DNA from: an uncultured Methylophilaceae bacterium
GTDB taxonomy: Bacteria; Pseudomonadota; Gammaproteobacteria; Burkholderiales; Methylophilaceae
Assembly: GCA_964022105.1 (NCBI GenBank)
Contig: CAXIBZ010000001.1
Coordinates: 1 to 26,807, forward strand
DNA: 26,807 nt
Direction of reading: 5' to 3'
Below the pieces are notes generated by a model that saw only the letters and a list, made by a program, of their open reading frames with translations, had not been told where the DNA came from and did no database searches. The position numbers were made by a program, and so were the translations under genes. The first letter of the stretch is position 1, and every line of letters begins with the position of its first letter. Shown one piece after another: positions 17,719 through 26,354 of the stretch.

Positions 17719-17907
17719 ATGTCAGATGTGAAAGAGTTTGAAGTAACGGCGAAAGATTTGCCATTGCATTGCCCTACCAAAGAAGTTGCACTTTGGGCAT
17801 CGCATCCGCGTGTATTTCTAGATATTGCTAAAACTGGGCAGGTCGCCTGCCCTTACTGTGGGACAAAATTCAAACTTAAAGCTGGCGAAGTGGTTTCACA
17901 CCATTAA
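17719..17907 (+). CDS. zf-CHCC zinc-finger protein (NDUFS6-like); ATG at 17719 preferred over TTG at 17713
   Basis: LHCP...WASHPRVFL...CPYCG gives C-H-C-C ligands; AGGAAA SD about 8 nt before 17719. Confidence 0.85.
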   Translation: MSDVKEFEVTAKDLPLHCPTKEVALWASHPRVFLDIAKTGQVACPYCGTKFKLKAGEVVSHH

Positions 17908-17931
17908 GCCTTCTGTACTTAACCATCACTA

Positions 17932-19134
17932 GTGGATTCAACACTCGCGCAATTACAAGCTGGTAAGCTACAAGGCAGCAAACAACTGAAACTGTCTTGT
18001 GGCCTCACCACCTTCCCTTCAGCTATTTACGGTTTAGTTGATACTTTAGAAATTCTCGATTTAACAGACAACGCCCTCTCCACTTTGCCTGATGATTTTG
18101 ACCGCTTTAAAAAACTACGTATTTTATTCTGCTCATCTAACCAATTTACCGAATTACCAGCAGTACTGGGTAAGTGTGAAAGTTTGCGCATGATTGGCTT
18201 TAAAGCTAATCAAATCGGCTATATTCCAGAGGAAGCGATTCCAACAAAGCACTTACGTTGGTTTATTGTGACTGATAACCGACTAAGAAATCTGCCAGAT
18301 GCATTGGGCGACTGTAAACACTTACAAAAACTGATGCTAGCAGGCAACCAATTGAGTGCATTACCTGGAACCATGGCAAACTGCCACGCATTAGAACTGC
18401 TGAGAATTCCGGCAAACCAGTTTAGCGAATTGCCAACGTGGCTATTTGATTTACCCAATCTCACCTGGCTTGCCTATGCTGGCAACCCTTTCTCAAATGC
18501 TATTGAGAAAATGCAAATGCAGCAACTGCATGCGCCTAAAATTGACTGGTCAACACTCGCAATTGGCAAAGTCTTAGGTCAAGGTGCATCTGGCATTACT
18601 TACCAAGCAAATCGGCAACAGAATGGCAGTAGTGAAACTGTTGCAGTTAAGCTCTTTAAAGCAGGACTCACCAGCGATGGGCTACCGAGTTGTGAAATGG
18701 ACGCCAATGTCATGGCTGGAGAGCATCCAAATTTAGTTGGTGTAAAAGGCATCATTAGCAATCACCCAGAAGGTATGCAAGGTTTAGTGATGCCATTGCT
18801 TCCTGCGGGCTTAACCATACTAGCTGAGCCACCCAGTTTTGAAACTTGCTCGCGTGACGTATACCCAGCAGAAACCAAACTAACCGCTTCGCAAGCAAAC
18901 CACATTGCGGAAGGTGTAGCCAAAGCCATGCAACATCTGCATCAACAAGGATTAATGCATGGTGACCTTTATGCGCATAATATTTTATGGGATGATACGC
19001 AAGTCGTATTGAGTGATTTAGGTGGTGCATCTTTTTTACCAGTACATGATAAAAAATTGGCACAAGCACTAATGCAACTCGATAAGCGCGCTTATCAGGT
19101 ACTGCTTGAGGAGTTAGCAAACATCACAGCATAA
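17932..19134 (+). CDS. Leucine-rich-repeat protein fused to a Ser/Thr/Tyr protein-kinase-like domain
   Basis: GTG start; 23-aa LRRs over aa 39-187; GQGASG loop, VAVK (K240), E255, HGDLYAHN (D345, N350), SDLG (D362). Confidence 0.88.
   Translation: MDSTLAQLQAGKLQGSKQLKLSCGLTTFPSAIYGLVDTLEILDLTDNALSTLPDDFDRFKKLRILFCSSNQFTELPAVLGKCESLRMIGFKANQIGYIPEEAIPTKHLRWFIVTDNRLRNLPDALGDCKHLQKLMLAGNQLSALPGTMANCHALELLRIPANQFSELPTWLFDLPNLTWLAYAGNPFSNAIEKMQMQQLHAPKIDWSTLAIGKVLGQGASGITYQANRQQNGSSETVAVKLFKAGLTSDGLPSCEMDANVMAGEHPNLVGVKGIISNHPEGMQGLVMPLLPAGLTILAEPPSFETCSRDVYPAETKLTASQANHIAEGVAKAMQHLHQQGLMHGDLYAHNILWDDTQVVLSDLGGASFLPVHDKKLAQALMQLDKRAYQVLLEELANITA
18046..18492 (+). repeat. Protein-level tandem LRR array: six full 23-aa units plus a partial seventh
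   Basis: Units begin LEILDLTDN, LRILFCSSN, LRMIGFKAN, LRWFIVTDN, LQKLMLAGN, LELLRIPAN, LTWLAYAGN at exact 23-aa spacing. Confidence 0.85.
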
Positions 19135-19146
19135 AAGAGAAAGCAC

Positions 19147-19809
19147 ATGATACACAGACGTCTTGCCTATGCGCTGCAAACAATACTGATTATCGGATTA
19201 ATAGCGGAAATCTGGTCACAGCAGTGGTTTAATGCTGTTATCACAACTGCAATCATTTTATTAACCTTTTCTCCTTTATTACTGGAGAAAAAATTTCATG
19301 TTTATATCCCGCCAGAATTTGTCCTGCTTTCTATTACCTTTGTCTTTGCATCGCTGTTTCTTGGTGAAGTTCATGGCTATTACACACGTTACTGGTGGTG
19401 GGATATAGCGTTACATACTGGTTCTGGCGTCTTGCTGGGTATTGTCGGTTTTTTATTAGTGCATGTTTTAAACGAAACAGAAAAGATTGGCGTCTATATG
19501 AAACCAGGATTTGTTGCATTTTTTTCTTTCCTGTTTGCAGTTGGTATTGGCGCGCTTTGGGAAATATTCGAATTTAGTATGGATAGTATTTTTGGCATGA
19601 ACATGCAAAAAGAGATGCTGGGCGACCCTTCTGGCTTAACTGATACCATGTGGGACCTTATTGTTGACACAATCGGTGCCTTGGTCATCTCGGTGCTTGG
19701 TTATGGCTATATCAAAACAGCCAAGAACGAATCATTTCTTGAACAATGGATTACTCGCTTTATTAGGGGCAACCCGCGCCTATTTAGACGCAAGAAGCCA
19801 CAGAGCTAA
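19147..19809 (+). CDS. Uncharacterised polytopic membrane protein, DUF2238/YjdF-like
   Basis: Five to six hydrophobic segments; polar motifs WWWDIALH, ALWEIFEF, DTMWDL; basic C-tail. The family assignment is from memory of the motif pattern only. Confidence 0.6.
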   Translation: MIHRRLAYALQTILIIGLIAEIWSQQWFNAVITTAIILLTFSPLLLEKKFHVYIPPEFVLLSITFVFASLFLGEVHGYYTRYWWWDIALHTGSGVLLGIVGFLLVHVLNETEKIGVYMKPGFVAFFSFLFAVGIGALWEIFEFSMDSIFGMNMQKEMLGDPSGLTDTMWDLIVDTIGALVISVLGYGYIKTAKNESFLEQWITRFIRGNPRLFRRKKPQS

Positions 19810-19895
19810 CTAGCTTCATATTTCAGTGAAATGGATACAATATATTGCCACTGCATATAAACGATTGTTACCAGACCGAAAGTTAGCCTTAATTT

Positions 19896-20717
19896 TTACT
19901 CAATCTTTTTAATCTGAACATCACCCTCACCCCAAAGCTGTTGAATCACATTACTTGCTTGATTAGATGGGCTATTGGTCCAAAACACCACATCTGGTTG
20001 TTGTGATTCATTTGCCAGCAAATTAGCTTCCATTAATTTTTTTTGCAATTGCACACTGACCGCTTTACCTGTATCAATAATGGCGATTTCTGGCCCTACA
20101 ATTTCTGCAATTAAAGGTCGTAAAAATGGGTAATGGGTACAGCCCAGCACAATGGCGTCCGCTCCAGCAACTAACAGTGGCTTTAAATATTGTTGCAGCA
20201 AGTTACGCGTTGCTTCATCACTAAGCGCACCACTCTCCACACACTCGACCAAGCCTTCGCAACCTTGTGCAATCACCTGAACACCTGCACCATAGTGTGC
20301 TAGCAATGCAGCGTATTGCGCGCTTTTAAGTGTACCAACTGTGGCCAATACGCCGATGACACCATTTTTACTGGCTTGTGCAGCGGGTTTAACAGCGGGC
20401 TCCATACCGATAATTGGTAGCTTATAACGGACTCGCATGTCTTTAATAGCAGCAGCTGTGGCCGTATTACAAGCAACCACTAGAGCTTTAACTTGCTGAT
20501 CCAATAAGAAGTCAGCCACCTTAAAACAACGCTCAATGATTTGCTCTGCTGATTTATTACCATAAGGGGCATGTAGGCTATCTGCCACATAAACAATAGA
20601 TTCATTTGGAAGGACAGCACGAATATGCTTAAGTACAGAAATGCCACCCACACCAGAGTCCATAACGCCGATTGCGTGTGTTTTTAGTTGCTTATTATTC
20701 AATATTTTGTGATGCAT
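19896..20717 (-). CDS. murI: Glutamate racemase
   Basis: DSGVGG, ADSLHAPYGNK, ACNTAT, LGCTHYPFL (two catalytic Cys). Confidence 0.97.
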   Translation of the reverse strand: MHHKILNNKQLKTHAIGVMDSGVGGISVLKHIRAVLPNESIVYVADSLHAPYGNKSAEQIIERCFKVADFLLDQQVKALVVACNTATAAAIKDMRVRYKLPIIGMEPAVKPAAQASKNGVIGVLATVGTLKSAQYAALLAHYGAGVQVIAQGCEGLVECVESGALSDEATRNLLQQYLKPLLVAGADAIVLGCTHYPFLRPLIAEIVGPEIAIIDTGKAVSVQLQKKLMEANLLANESQQPDVVFWTNSPSNQASNVIQQLWGEGDVQIKKIE

Positions 20718-20721
20718 GATT

Positions 20722-20738
20722 TATAATGGAACATTATA
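20722..20738. promoter_or_regulatory. Symmetric pair of TATAAT -10 elements, putative bidirectional promoter for murI and the adenosyltransferase gene
   Basis: TATAATG-GAA-CATTATA in a 36-bp divergent intergenic region. Confidence 0.55.
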
Positions 20739-20753
20739 TTAGAAACAATCACA

Positions 20754-21305
20754 ATGGGTAATCGATTAAGTAAGATCTACACACGCACTGGTGACGATGG
20801 TACAACAGGTTTAGGAGATGGCAGCAGAATCGCAAAAAACAGTTTGCGGGTGCAAGCAATGGGTGATGTGGATGAATTAAATGCTGTTCTTGGTTTGCTG
20901 CTAACAGAACCAGTTTCAGATGCTGTCCGTACTTGTTTAACTGCTATTCAGCATGATTTGTTTGATTTGGGTGCTGAAATTTGCATACCAAACCATGCCA
21001 TGATAAAACCTGAGCGTATTCAAGCACTGGAAACGTGTTTAGATGCTTTTAATGAAACATTAGCGCCGCTGAAAGAGTTTATCTTGCCTGGTGGATGTCG
21101 CGCTGCGGCACAATGTCACCTTGCCAGAACTGGGTGCAGGCGCGCAGAACGTACGCTACACGCGCTAAATGAAAAAGAAGCTGTGACTGAAGCCTCTTTA
21201 CAATATCTCAACCGCTTATCTGATTTACTGTTTGTACTTTGTCGCATATTGAACAAAGAAGTTGGTCAGCCTGATGTGCTTTGGCAAAACACGTCCACCC
21301 AATAG
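20754..21305 (+). CDS. PduO-type ATP:cob(I)alamin adenosyltransferase
   Basis: KIYTRTGDDGTTGL, GDVDELN, IQHDLFDLGAE, FILPGG, RRAER, YLNRLSDLLFVL. Confidence 0.93.
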   Translation: MGNRLSKIYTRTGDDGTTGLGDGSRIAKNSLRVQAMGDVDELNAVLGLLLTEPVSDAVRTCLTAIQHDLFDLGAEICIPNHAMIKPERIQALETCLDAFNETLAPLKEFILPGGCRAAAQCHLARTGCRRAERTLHALNEKEAVTEASLQYLNRLSDLLFVLCRILNKEVGQPDVLWQNTSTQ

Positions 21306-21330
21306 AACTGAATGACTCATCTAACCATCA

Positions 21331-22698
21331 ATGATTAAGAAATTTTTAAACAAAGTATTTAAAAAACGTCAAGAAGCTGAATTAGCCATTAACCAAGCCG
21401 AACGTGATTTACCCAAGACGGTTGCTCGAATTTCCGCCAAAAAACATAAAATCAATCAAGAATTAATCAGCGCTGCTGCTTTAAAAACATGCACAGGATT
21501 ACAAGAAGCTGGCTATGATGCCTATATTGTTGGCGGTGCAGTACGCGATCTAATACTCGATTTCAAACCCAAAGATTTTGATGTGGCCACTAATGCTGAG
21601 CCAGAAGATGTAAAGAGGGTATTCCGCCGTTCACGCATTATTGGCAAACCCTTTCGCTTACTGCATGTGATGTGGGGAAGAGAGGTCATTGAGGTTTCCA
21701 CATTCCGTGGGCATCATCATAATGAAGGTGATGCCTCCGTTAATGATACAGGGCGTATTCTCAGAGATAATATTTTTGGCAGCATGGAAGAAGATGCAGC
21801 CAGACGTGACTTTACTGCCAATGCACTGTACTACAACCCAGTAACCCAAGAAGTGCTAGACTTTCATAATGGAGTAGCTGACGTTAAAGCACGGCTATTA
21901 CGTATGATTGGCGACCCGACCAAACGCTATCAAGAAGACCCAGTTCGTATGCTGAGGGCAGTTAGATTGTCCGCAAAACTGGGCTTAAAAATCGATAAAG
22001 CGACACAAAAGCCGATTGCAGAATTAGCGGACCTATTACATGATGTACCGCCAAGCCGCTTATTTGATGAAATGCTCAAGCTGTTTTTATCAGGCCACGC
22101 CATAGAGAGTATTAATATTTTGCGTGCTCAACACTTGCATCATGGTCTTTTGCCGTTACTAGATGTTGTATTAGAACAGCCTTTGGGTGAAAAATTTGTC
22201 ATGCTGGCATTGAAAAATACAGATGACAGAATCATGCAAGGTAAGTCATCCAACCCCAGTTTCTTATTCGCCACCCTCCTTTGGCATGAAGTGTTAAAAG
22301 CTTGGCAAGAAAACCAAAAGCATGCACCACTATTCCCTGCCCTCTACCAAGCCATGGATGAGGTGATCCAGATTCAAGCAAAAAAACTGGCCATTCATAA
22401 TCGATTTGTTTCTGGCATGAAAGAAATATGGGCCATGCAACCCCGTTTTGAACAACGCTCAGGCAAGCGCCCATTTGCATTACTCACGCATCCTAGATAT
22501 CGTGCTGCTTATGATTTTATGTTATTGCGTTGTGAGTCAGGCGAAATCTCGACTGAAATAGGAGAATGGTGGACGACTTTTGCACACGCCAATTCAGAGC
22601 AACGCACAGCCATGCTGCTACCGAACACAGCCCCTAAAAAACGTCGTCGCAAACCAAAAAGAAAACCAACTGCTAAAAAGGTTGAAGATGGTGCATAG
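21331..22698 (+). CDS. pcnB: Poly(A) polymerase I
   Basis: VGGAVRD, PKDFDVAT, RRDFTANALYY, EDPVRMLRAVR, HPRYRAAYDFMLLR, basic C-tail; followed by folK. Confidence 0.96.
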   Translation: MIKKFLNKVFKKRQEAELAINQAERDLPKTVARISAKKHKINQELISAAALKTCTGLQEAGYDAYIVGGAVRDLILDFKPKDFDVATNAEPEDVKRVFRRSRIIGKPFRLLHVMWGREVIEVSTFRGHHHNEGDASVNDTGRILRDNIFGSMEEDAARRDFTANALYYNPVTQEVLDFHNGVADVKARLLRMIGDPTKRYQEDPVRMLRAVRLSAKLGLKIDKATQKPIAELADLLHDVPPSRLFDEMLKLFLSGHAIESINILRAQHLHHGLLPLLDVVLEQPLGEKFVMLALKNTDDRIMQGKSSNPSFLFATLLWHEVLKAWQENQKHAPLFPALYQAMDEVIQIQAKKLAIHNRFVSGMKEIWAMQPRFEQRSGKRPFALLTHPRYRAAYDFMLLRCESGEISTEIGEWWTTFAHANSEQRTAMLLPNTAPKKRRRKPKRKPTAKKVEDGA

Positions 22699-23203
22699 TG
22701 CCTATATTGCGCTAGGGAGCAACCTATGTGATCCAGTCACGCAAGTGAACAATGCTTTTGCTGCACTTGAACAACTTCCTAGAACCAAGTTAACTAAGCA
22801 ATCCAGCTTGTATCAGTCCGAACCCGTTGGCTATGATAACCAACCAGATTTTATTAATGCTGTTGCCGAGCTGGCTACTGATCTAAGCCCTGAAATATTG
22901 TTGAAAGAATTGCTGTCTATCGAAAAAAATTTCGGCCGTGAGCGCCCTTTTCCTAATGCACCACGGATCCTTGATTTAGATTTGCTGCTATATGAAAACA
23001 TAGTCCAAAAAACAACTTTTTTGACCTTACCGCACCCGCAGATGCACTTACGGAGTTTTGTGATATTACCGTTAGCAGAAATAGCGCCAGACTTAACCAT
23101 TAGCAGCGATGATATTATTCCTAAGCGCTGTAATGTTGTAGAATTAGCGCAATCCTTCCAAAACGAAAAAATTGTAAAACTTAACAATCATCACCCAGCA
23201 TGA
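22688..23203 (+). CDS. folK: 2-amino-4-hydroxy-6-hydroxymethyldihydropteridine pyrophosphokinase (start revised to the ATG at 22688)
   Basis: MVHSAYIALGSNL, SSLYQSEP, FINAVA, PRILDLDLL, LPHP; 11-nt overlap with pcnB. Confidence 0.95.
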   Translation: MVHSAYIALGSNLCDPVTQVNNAFAALEQLPRTKLTKQSSLYQSEPVGYDNQPDFINAVAELATDLSPEILLKELLSIEKNFGRERPFPNAPRILDLDLLLYENIVQKTTFLTLPHPQMHLRSFVILPLAEIAPDLTISSDDIIPKRCNVVELAQSFQNEKIVKLNNHHPA

Positions 23204-23847
23204 GTATTTTTAATAAATTTCCCTTTATCGTGATTGAAGGGCCTATTGGCAGTGGCAAAACAACCTTAGCACGCATGCTGTCCGAAAAGTTTTCTACACA
23301 ATTACTATCTGAAAAAGCGGAAGAAAATCCTTTTTTGGCTCGCTTTTACCAAGATGCAAAACGCTATGCATTACCTACTCAGCTTTTCTTTTTGTTTCAG
23401 CGTTCCAGACAAATAGCTGATGTGAACCAAATGGATATGTTCTCTCAGCCAATCACAGCAGATTTCTTTTTGGATAAAGACCCGTTATTTGCGCGCTTAA
23501 ATTTAAATGATGAAGAGTATGCCCTTTATCACCAGATTTACCATCATCTGCAACTTAAATCTCCTAAACCAGATTTAGTGATTTATTTACAAACGCCAGT
23601 TGAAGCGCTTTCAGAGCGCATTGCAGAACGTAATATTAAATATGAAACAGGTATACCAAATGAGTATATACAGCGTTTATCGAATGCGTATAGCGAATTT
23701 TTCCATACTTATGATGCCGCGCCAGTGCTTATTGTTAACAATGAAAAATTAAACATTATCAAAGATGAGAGCGCCCTTGATCTCCTCATTGACAGAATAA
23801 GTCAATTTAATAGTCGGCGTGAGTATTTCAACCCTAATTTTGACTAA
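23200..23847 (+). CDS. Deoxynucleoside kinase family protein
   Basis: P-loop IEGPIGSGKTT, ENPFLARFYQD, QLFFL, PDLVIYL, RNIKYE; ATGA overlap with folK. Confidence 0.88.
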   Translation: MSIFNKFPFIVIEGPIGSGKTTLARMLSEKFSTQLLSEKAEENPFLARFYQDAKRYALPTQLFFLFQRSRQIADVNQMDMFSQPITADFFLDKDPLFARLNLNDEEYALYHQIYHHLQLKSPKPDLVIYLQTPVEALSERIAERNIKYETGIPNEYIQRLSNAYSEFFHTYDAAPVLIVNNEKLNIIKDESALDLLIDRISQFNSRREYFNPNFD

Positions 23848-23852
23848 AGTAA

Positions 23853-24665
23853 ATGTCACTTCAGCACATACAAGAGCTTATTCAATCAGGTGAAAAGCTA
23901 GCAATGCTAACCTGCTACGATGCAACATTTGCCAAAGCAATGGAGCTGGCTGGTGTTGATATCCTGTTGGTTGGCGATTCATTAGGGATGGTGTTGCAAG
24001 GTGCCGAGAATACACTCAATGTCAGTATGCATCATATGACGTATCATACTAAAAATGTTGCTGCTGGTGCGCCTAACACGTTGATTGTGGCAGATATGCC
24101 GCTTGGCAGTTACGAGCATGATAATGAAGCCGCCTATAAAAATGCAGATTGGTTGATACGCTCTGGTGCGCATATGGTGAAGTTTGAGGGTGGTGGCAGC
24201 AAAGTGGAAACTGCCCGCTATTTGGTCGAGCATGGTATTCCTGTTTGCGCTCACCTTGGCTTTACACCCCAATCTGTGAATCAACTTGGTGGATATAAGA
24301 TTCAGGGGAAAACAGAAGAATCTGCACTTCAAATTATCAAGGATGCACAAGCAATGGACGCAGCGGGGGTTAGCATGATTGTGCTGGAAATGGTCCCTGC
24401 TACACTTGCAAAACAAATTACGCAAACAATTAAAGCGGCAACAATTGGCATTGGGGCCGGCGTACACTGTGATGGTCAAGTGCTTGTTTTGCAGGACTTG
24501 CTAGGTATTTACACAGGGCCAGCTAGCAAAGCCCCTTCTGACTTTAAATCACCGCGCTTTGTACGTAACTTTTTAAAAGATACCAATAGCATCCAGTCAG
24601 CGATTTCTGCATACATACGAGCAGTAAAAGATGAATCCTTCCCAACGCAAGAGCATAGTTACTAA
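23853..24665 (+). CDS. panB: 3-methyl-2-oxobutanoate hydroxymethyltransferase
   Basis: TCYDA, LVGDSLGM, ADMP, EGG, CAHLGFTPQS, IGIGAG...DGQVLV..D. Confidence 0.97.
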   Translation: MSLQHIQELIQSGEKLAMLTCYDATFAKAMELAGVDILLVGDSLGMVLQGAENTLNVSMHHMTYHTKNVAAGAPNTLIVADMPLGSYEHDNEAAYKNADWLIRSGAHMVKFEGGGSKVETARYLVEHGIPVCAHLGFTPQSVNQLGGYKIQGKTEESALQIIKDAQAMDAAGVSMIVLEMVPATLAKQITQTIKAATIGIGAGVHCDGQVLVLQDLLGIYTGPASKAPSDFKSPRFVRNFLKDTNSIQSAISAYIRAVKDESFPTQEHSY

Positions 24666-25516
24666 TGCAAATAATTCATGATAGTGTGACATTACGTGAG
24701 GCGCTCGATAAGCATAAAAGAATTGCTTTCGTCCCTACCATGGGTAACCTGCATGAAGGTCATCTCAATCTGGTCAACCTAGCCAAGCAACATGCTAACT
24801 GTGTTGTTGTTAGCATTTTCGTCAACCCGCTACAATTTGGACCAAATGAAGACTTAGACAGATATCCTCGTACACTTGATGCTGACTGCGATCAGCTCGA
24901 AAAACTTGGCGTGAGCATCGTCTATGCGCCAAGTGTTACTGATATGTACCCTGGATTTGACGGTAAGTCACTTAATCAAACAATCACTGTAACGCCGCCA
25001 CCGATTGCAAGTGAATTGTGTGGTGCAAGCAGACCTGGCCATTTTGCAGGCGTTACTACTGTGGTGACTAAGTTATTTAATATCGTACAACCAAATGTCG
25101 CTGTCTTCGGCAAAAAAGACTTTCAGCAACTCTATATCATTCGCAAGTTGGTTAATCAGCTTAATTTTCCTATTGATATTATTGCGGGCGAAACAATTAG
25201 AGAGCAAGGTGGGCTAGCCATGAGTTCTCGCAATGGCAAATTTAATGACGCGGAGAAAAAACAAGCGGTTCAACTATATCTGACACTCAGACAAATGATT
25301 GAGTCCATCAAGTTAAATCAGCTGGACTTTGCAACAATCGAAAAAAACGCTGCAAAGCAACTAGAAAAACGAGGATGGATAGTCGACTATATGTCTATTC
25401 GTTCATCAGCGACATTGCGCGCGGTATCTAATAAAGATGTGGGCAGCTTAGTCGTACTAGGTGCAGCAACACTGAATGGAACACGCCTAATTGATAATAT
25501 TGAATTTTTGCGCTAA
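24665..25516 (+). CDS. panC: Pantoate--beta-alanine ligase
   Basis: VPTMGNLHEGH, SIFVNPLQF, SRPGHFAGV, FGKKDFQQ, LAMSSRN, RLIDN; TAATG overlap with panB. Confidence 0.97.
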   Translation: MQIIHDSVTLREALDKHKRIAFVPTMGNLHEGHLNLVNLAKQHANCVVVSIFVNPLQFGPNEDLDRYPRTLDADCDQLEKLGVSIVYAPSVTDMYPGFDGKSLNQTITVTPPPIASELCGASRPGHFAGVTTVVTKLFNIVQPNVAVFGKKDFQQLYIIRKLVNQLNFPIDIIAGETIREQGGLAMSSRNGKFNDAEKKQAVQLYLTLRQMIESIKLNQLDFATIEKNAAKQLEKRGWIVDYMSIRSSATLRAVSNKDVGSLVVLGAATLNGTRLIDNIEFLR

Positions 25517-25567
25517 ACCGTTGAATTGATTACAATGCTATCTATCTACAATTAATGGAAAACATGC

Positions 25568-25948
25568 ATGCAAAGAACGATGCTTAAATCCAAGCTACAT
25601 CGTGTCCATGTGACGCATAGCGAACTACATTACGAAGGTAGTTGTGCAATAGATGAAGCTTTGCTTGAAGCCGCTAATATTAGCGAGTACGAAAGAATTG
25701 ATATATACAACGTCACCAATGGCGAGCGTTTCAGTACCTACGCCATTCGCGCTGAACGTCATTCAGGCATTATCTCCACCAATGGTGCTGCTGCGCACAA
25801 AGCAAAACCAAATGATATTGTCATTATTGCTACCTACGCACAATACAGCGCGTTAGAATTAGAAACCTATAAGCCTGTTTTAATTTATGTTGATGATCAC
25901 AATCGCATTAAAGAGCGTAAAAATACCATCCCAGCACAAGCAGCTTAA
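25568..25948 (+). CDS. panD: Aspartate 1-decarboxylase proenzyme
   Basis: [12 protein letters not shown], self-cleavage site [21 protein letters not shown]. Confidence 0.97.
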   Translation: MQRTMLKSKLHRVHVTHSELHYEGSCAIDEALLEAANISEYERIDIYNVTNGERFSTYAIRAERHSGIISTNGAAAHKAKPNDIVIIATYAQYSALELETYKPVLIYVDDHNRIKERKNTIPAQAA

Positions 25949-25976
25949 CTAACATACTATTTTAAAAGGTCATTAT

Positions 25977-26342
25977 TTGTCAGATTTAATTGCAATGAAA
26001 GATGCCGTCATAGACGCAATCGAAGACATTAAGGGATTCGATATTAGTGTACTCGACGTAACCAAACTTACCTCCATGACTAGTTATATGATTATTTGCA
26101 GCGCTAACTCGTCACGCCAAACGAAAGCTATCGCCGATAATATATACGTCAAACTTAAAGAAAAAGGTTATAACCCCAGAGGTTTAGAGGGTGAAAAAGA
26201 CGGTGAATGGGTTTTAGTTGATTTGGATGATGTAATCGTCCATATCATGGTTCCCACCACACGCGCCTACTACAACCTTGAGCAATTATGGGGCGGTAAA
26301 AGCAAACATAATGCTGCTGAGAAATCCAAATCAGCTGCATAA
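25977..26342 (+). CDS. rsfS: Ribosome silencing factor (Iojap family)
   Basis: EDIKGFDI, YMIICSANSSRQ, WVLVDLDDVIVHIM, RAYYNLEQLW; TTG start with AAAGGT upstream (alternative ATG at 25995). Confidence 0.94.
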   Translation: MSDLIAMKDAVIDAIEDIKGFDISVLDVTKLTSMTSYMIICSANSSRQTKAIADNIYVKLKEKGYNPRGLEGEKDGEWVLVDLDDVIVHIMVPTTRAYYNLEQLWGGKSKHNAAEKSKSAA

Positions 26343-26354
26343 CTCCTCTATCAC

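Noticed and set aside
18755-19120. 121-aa minus-strand ORF inside the kinase domain
   Set aside because: It is antisense to conserved kinase motifs and has no independent support.
19810-19895. 86-bp spacer between convergent genes, considered as a possible sRNA or terminator
   Set aside because: Only short weak inverted repeats are present, with no GC stem plus U tract and no recognisable RNA family.
20721-20739. Resemblance of the TATAATG/CATTATA repeat to a Fur or PerR box
   Set aside because: The 7-3-7 spacing fits neither the 19-bp Fur box nor the 7-1-7 PerR box; paired -10 elements are the simpler explanation.
21312-21338. Mini-ORF MTHLTIND overlapping the pcnB start
   Set aside because: It is 8 codons with no SD and is expected by chance.
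22580-22687. 36-aa N-terminal extension of FolK in the ORF track
   Set aside because: It lies inside the pcnB 3' end; homology begins at Met 22688.
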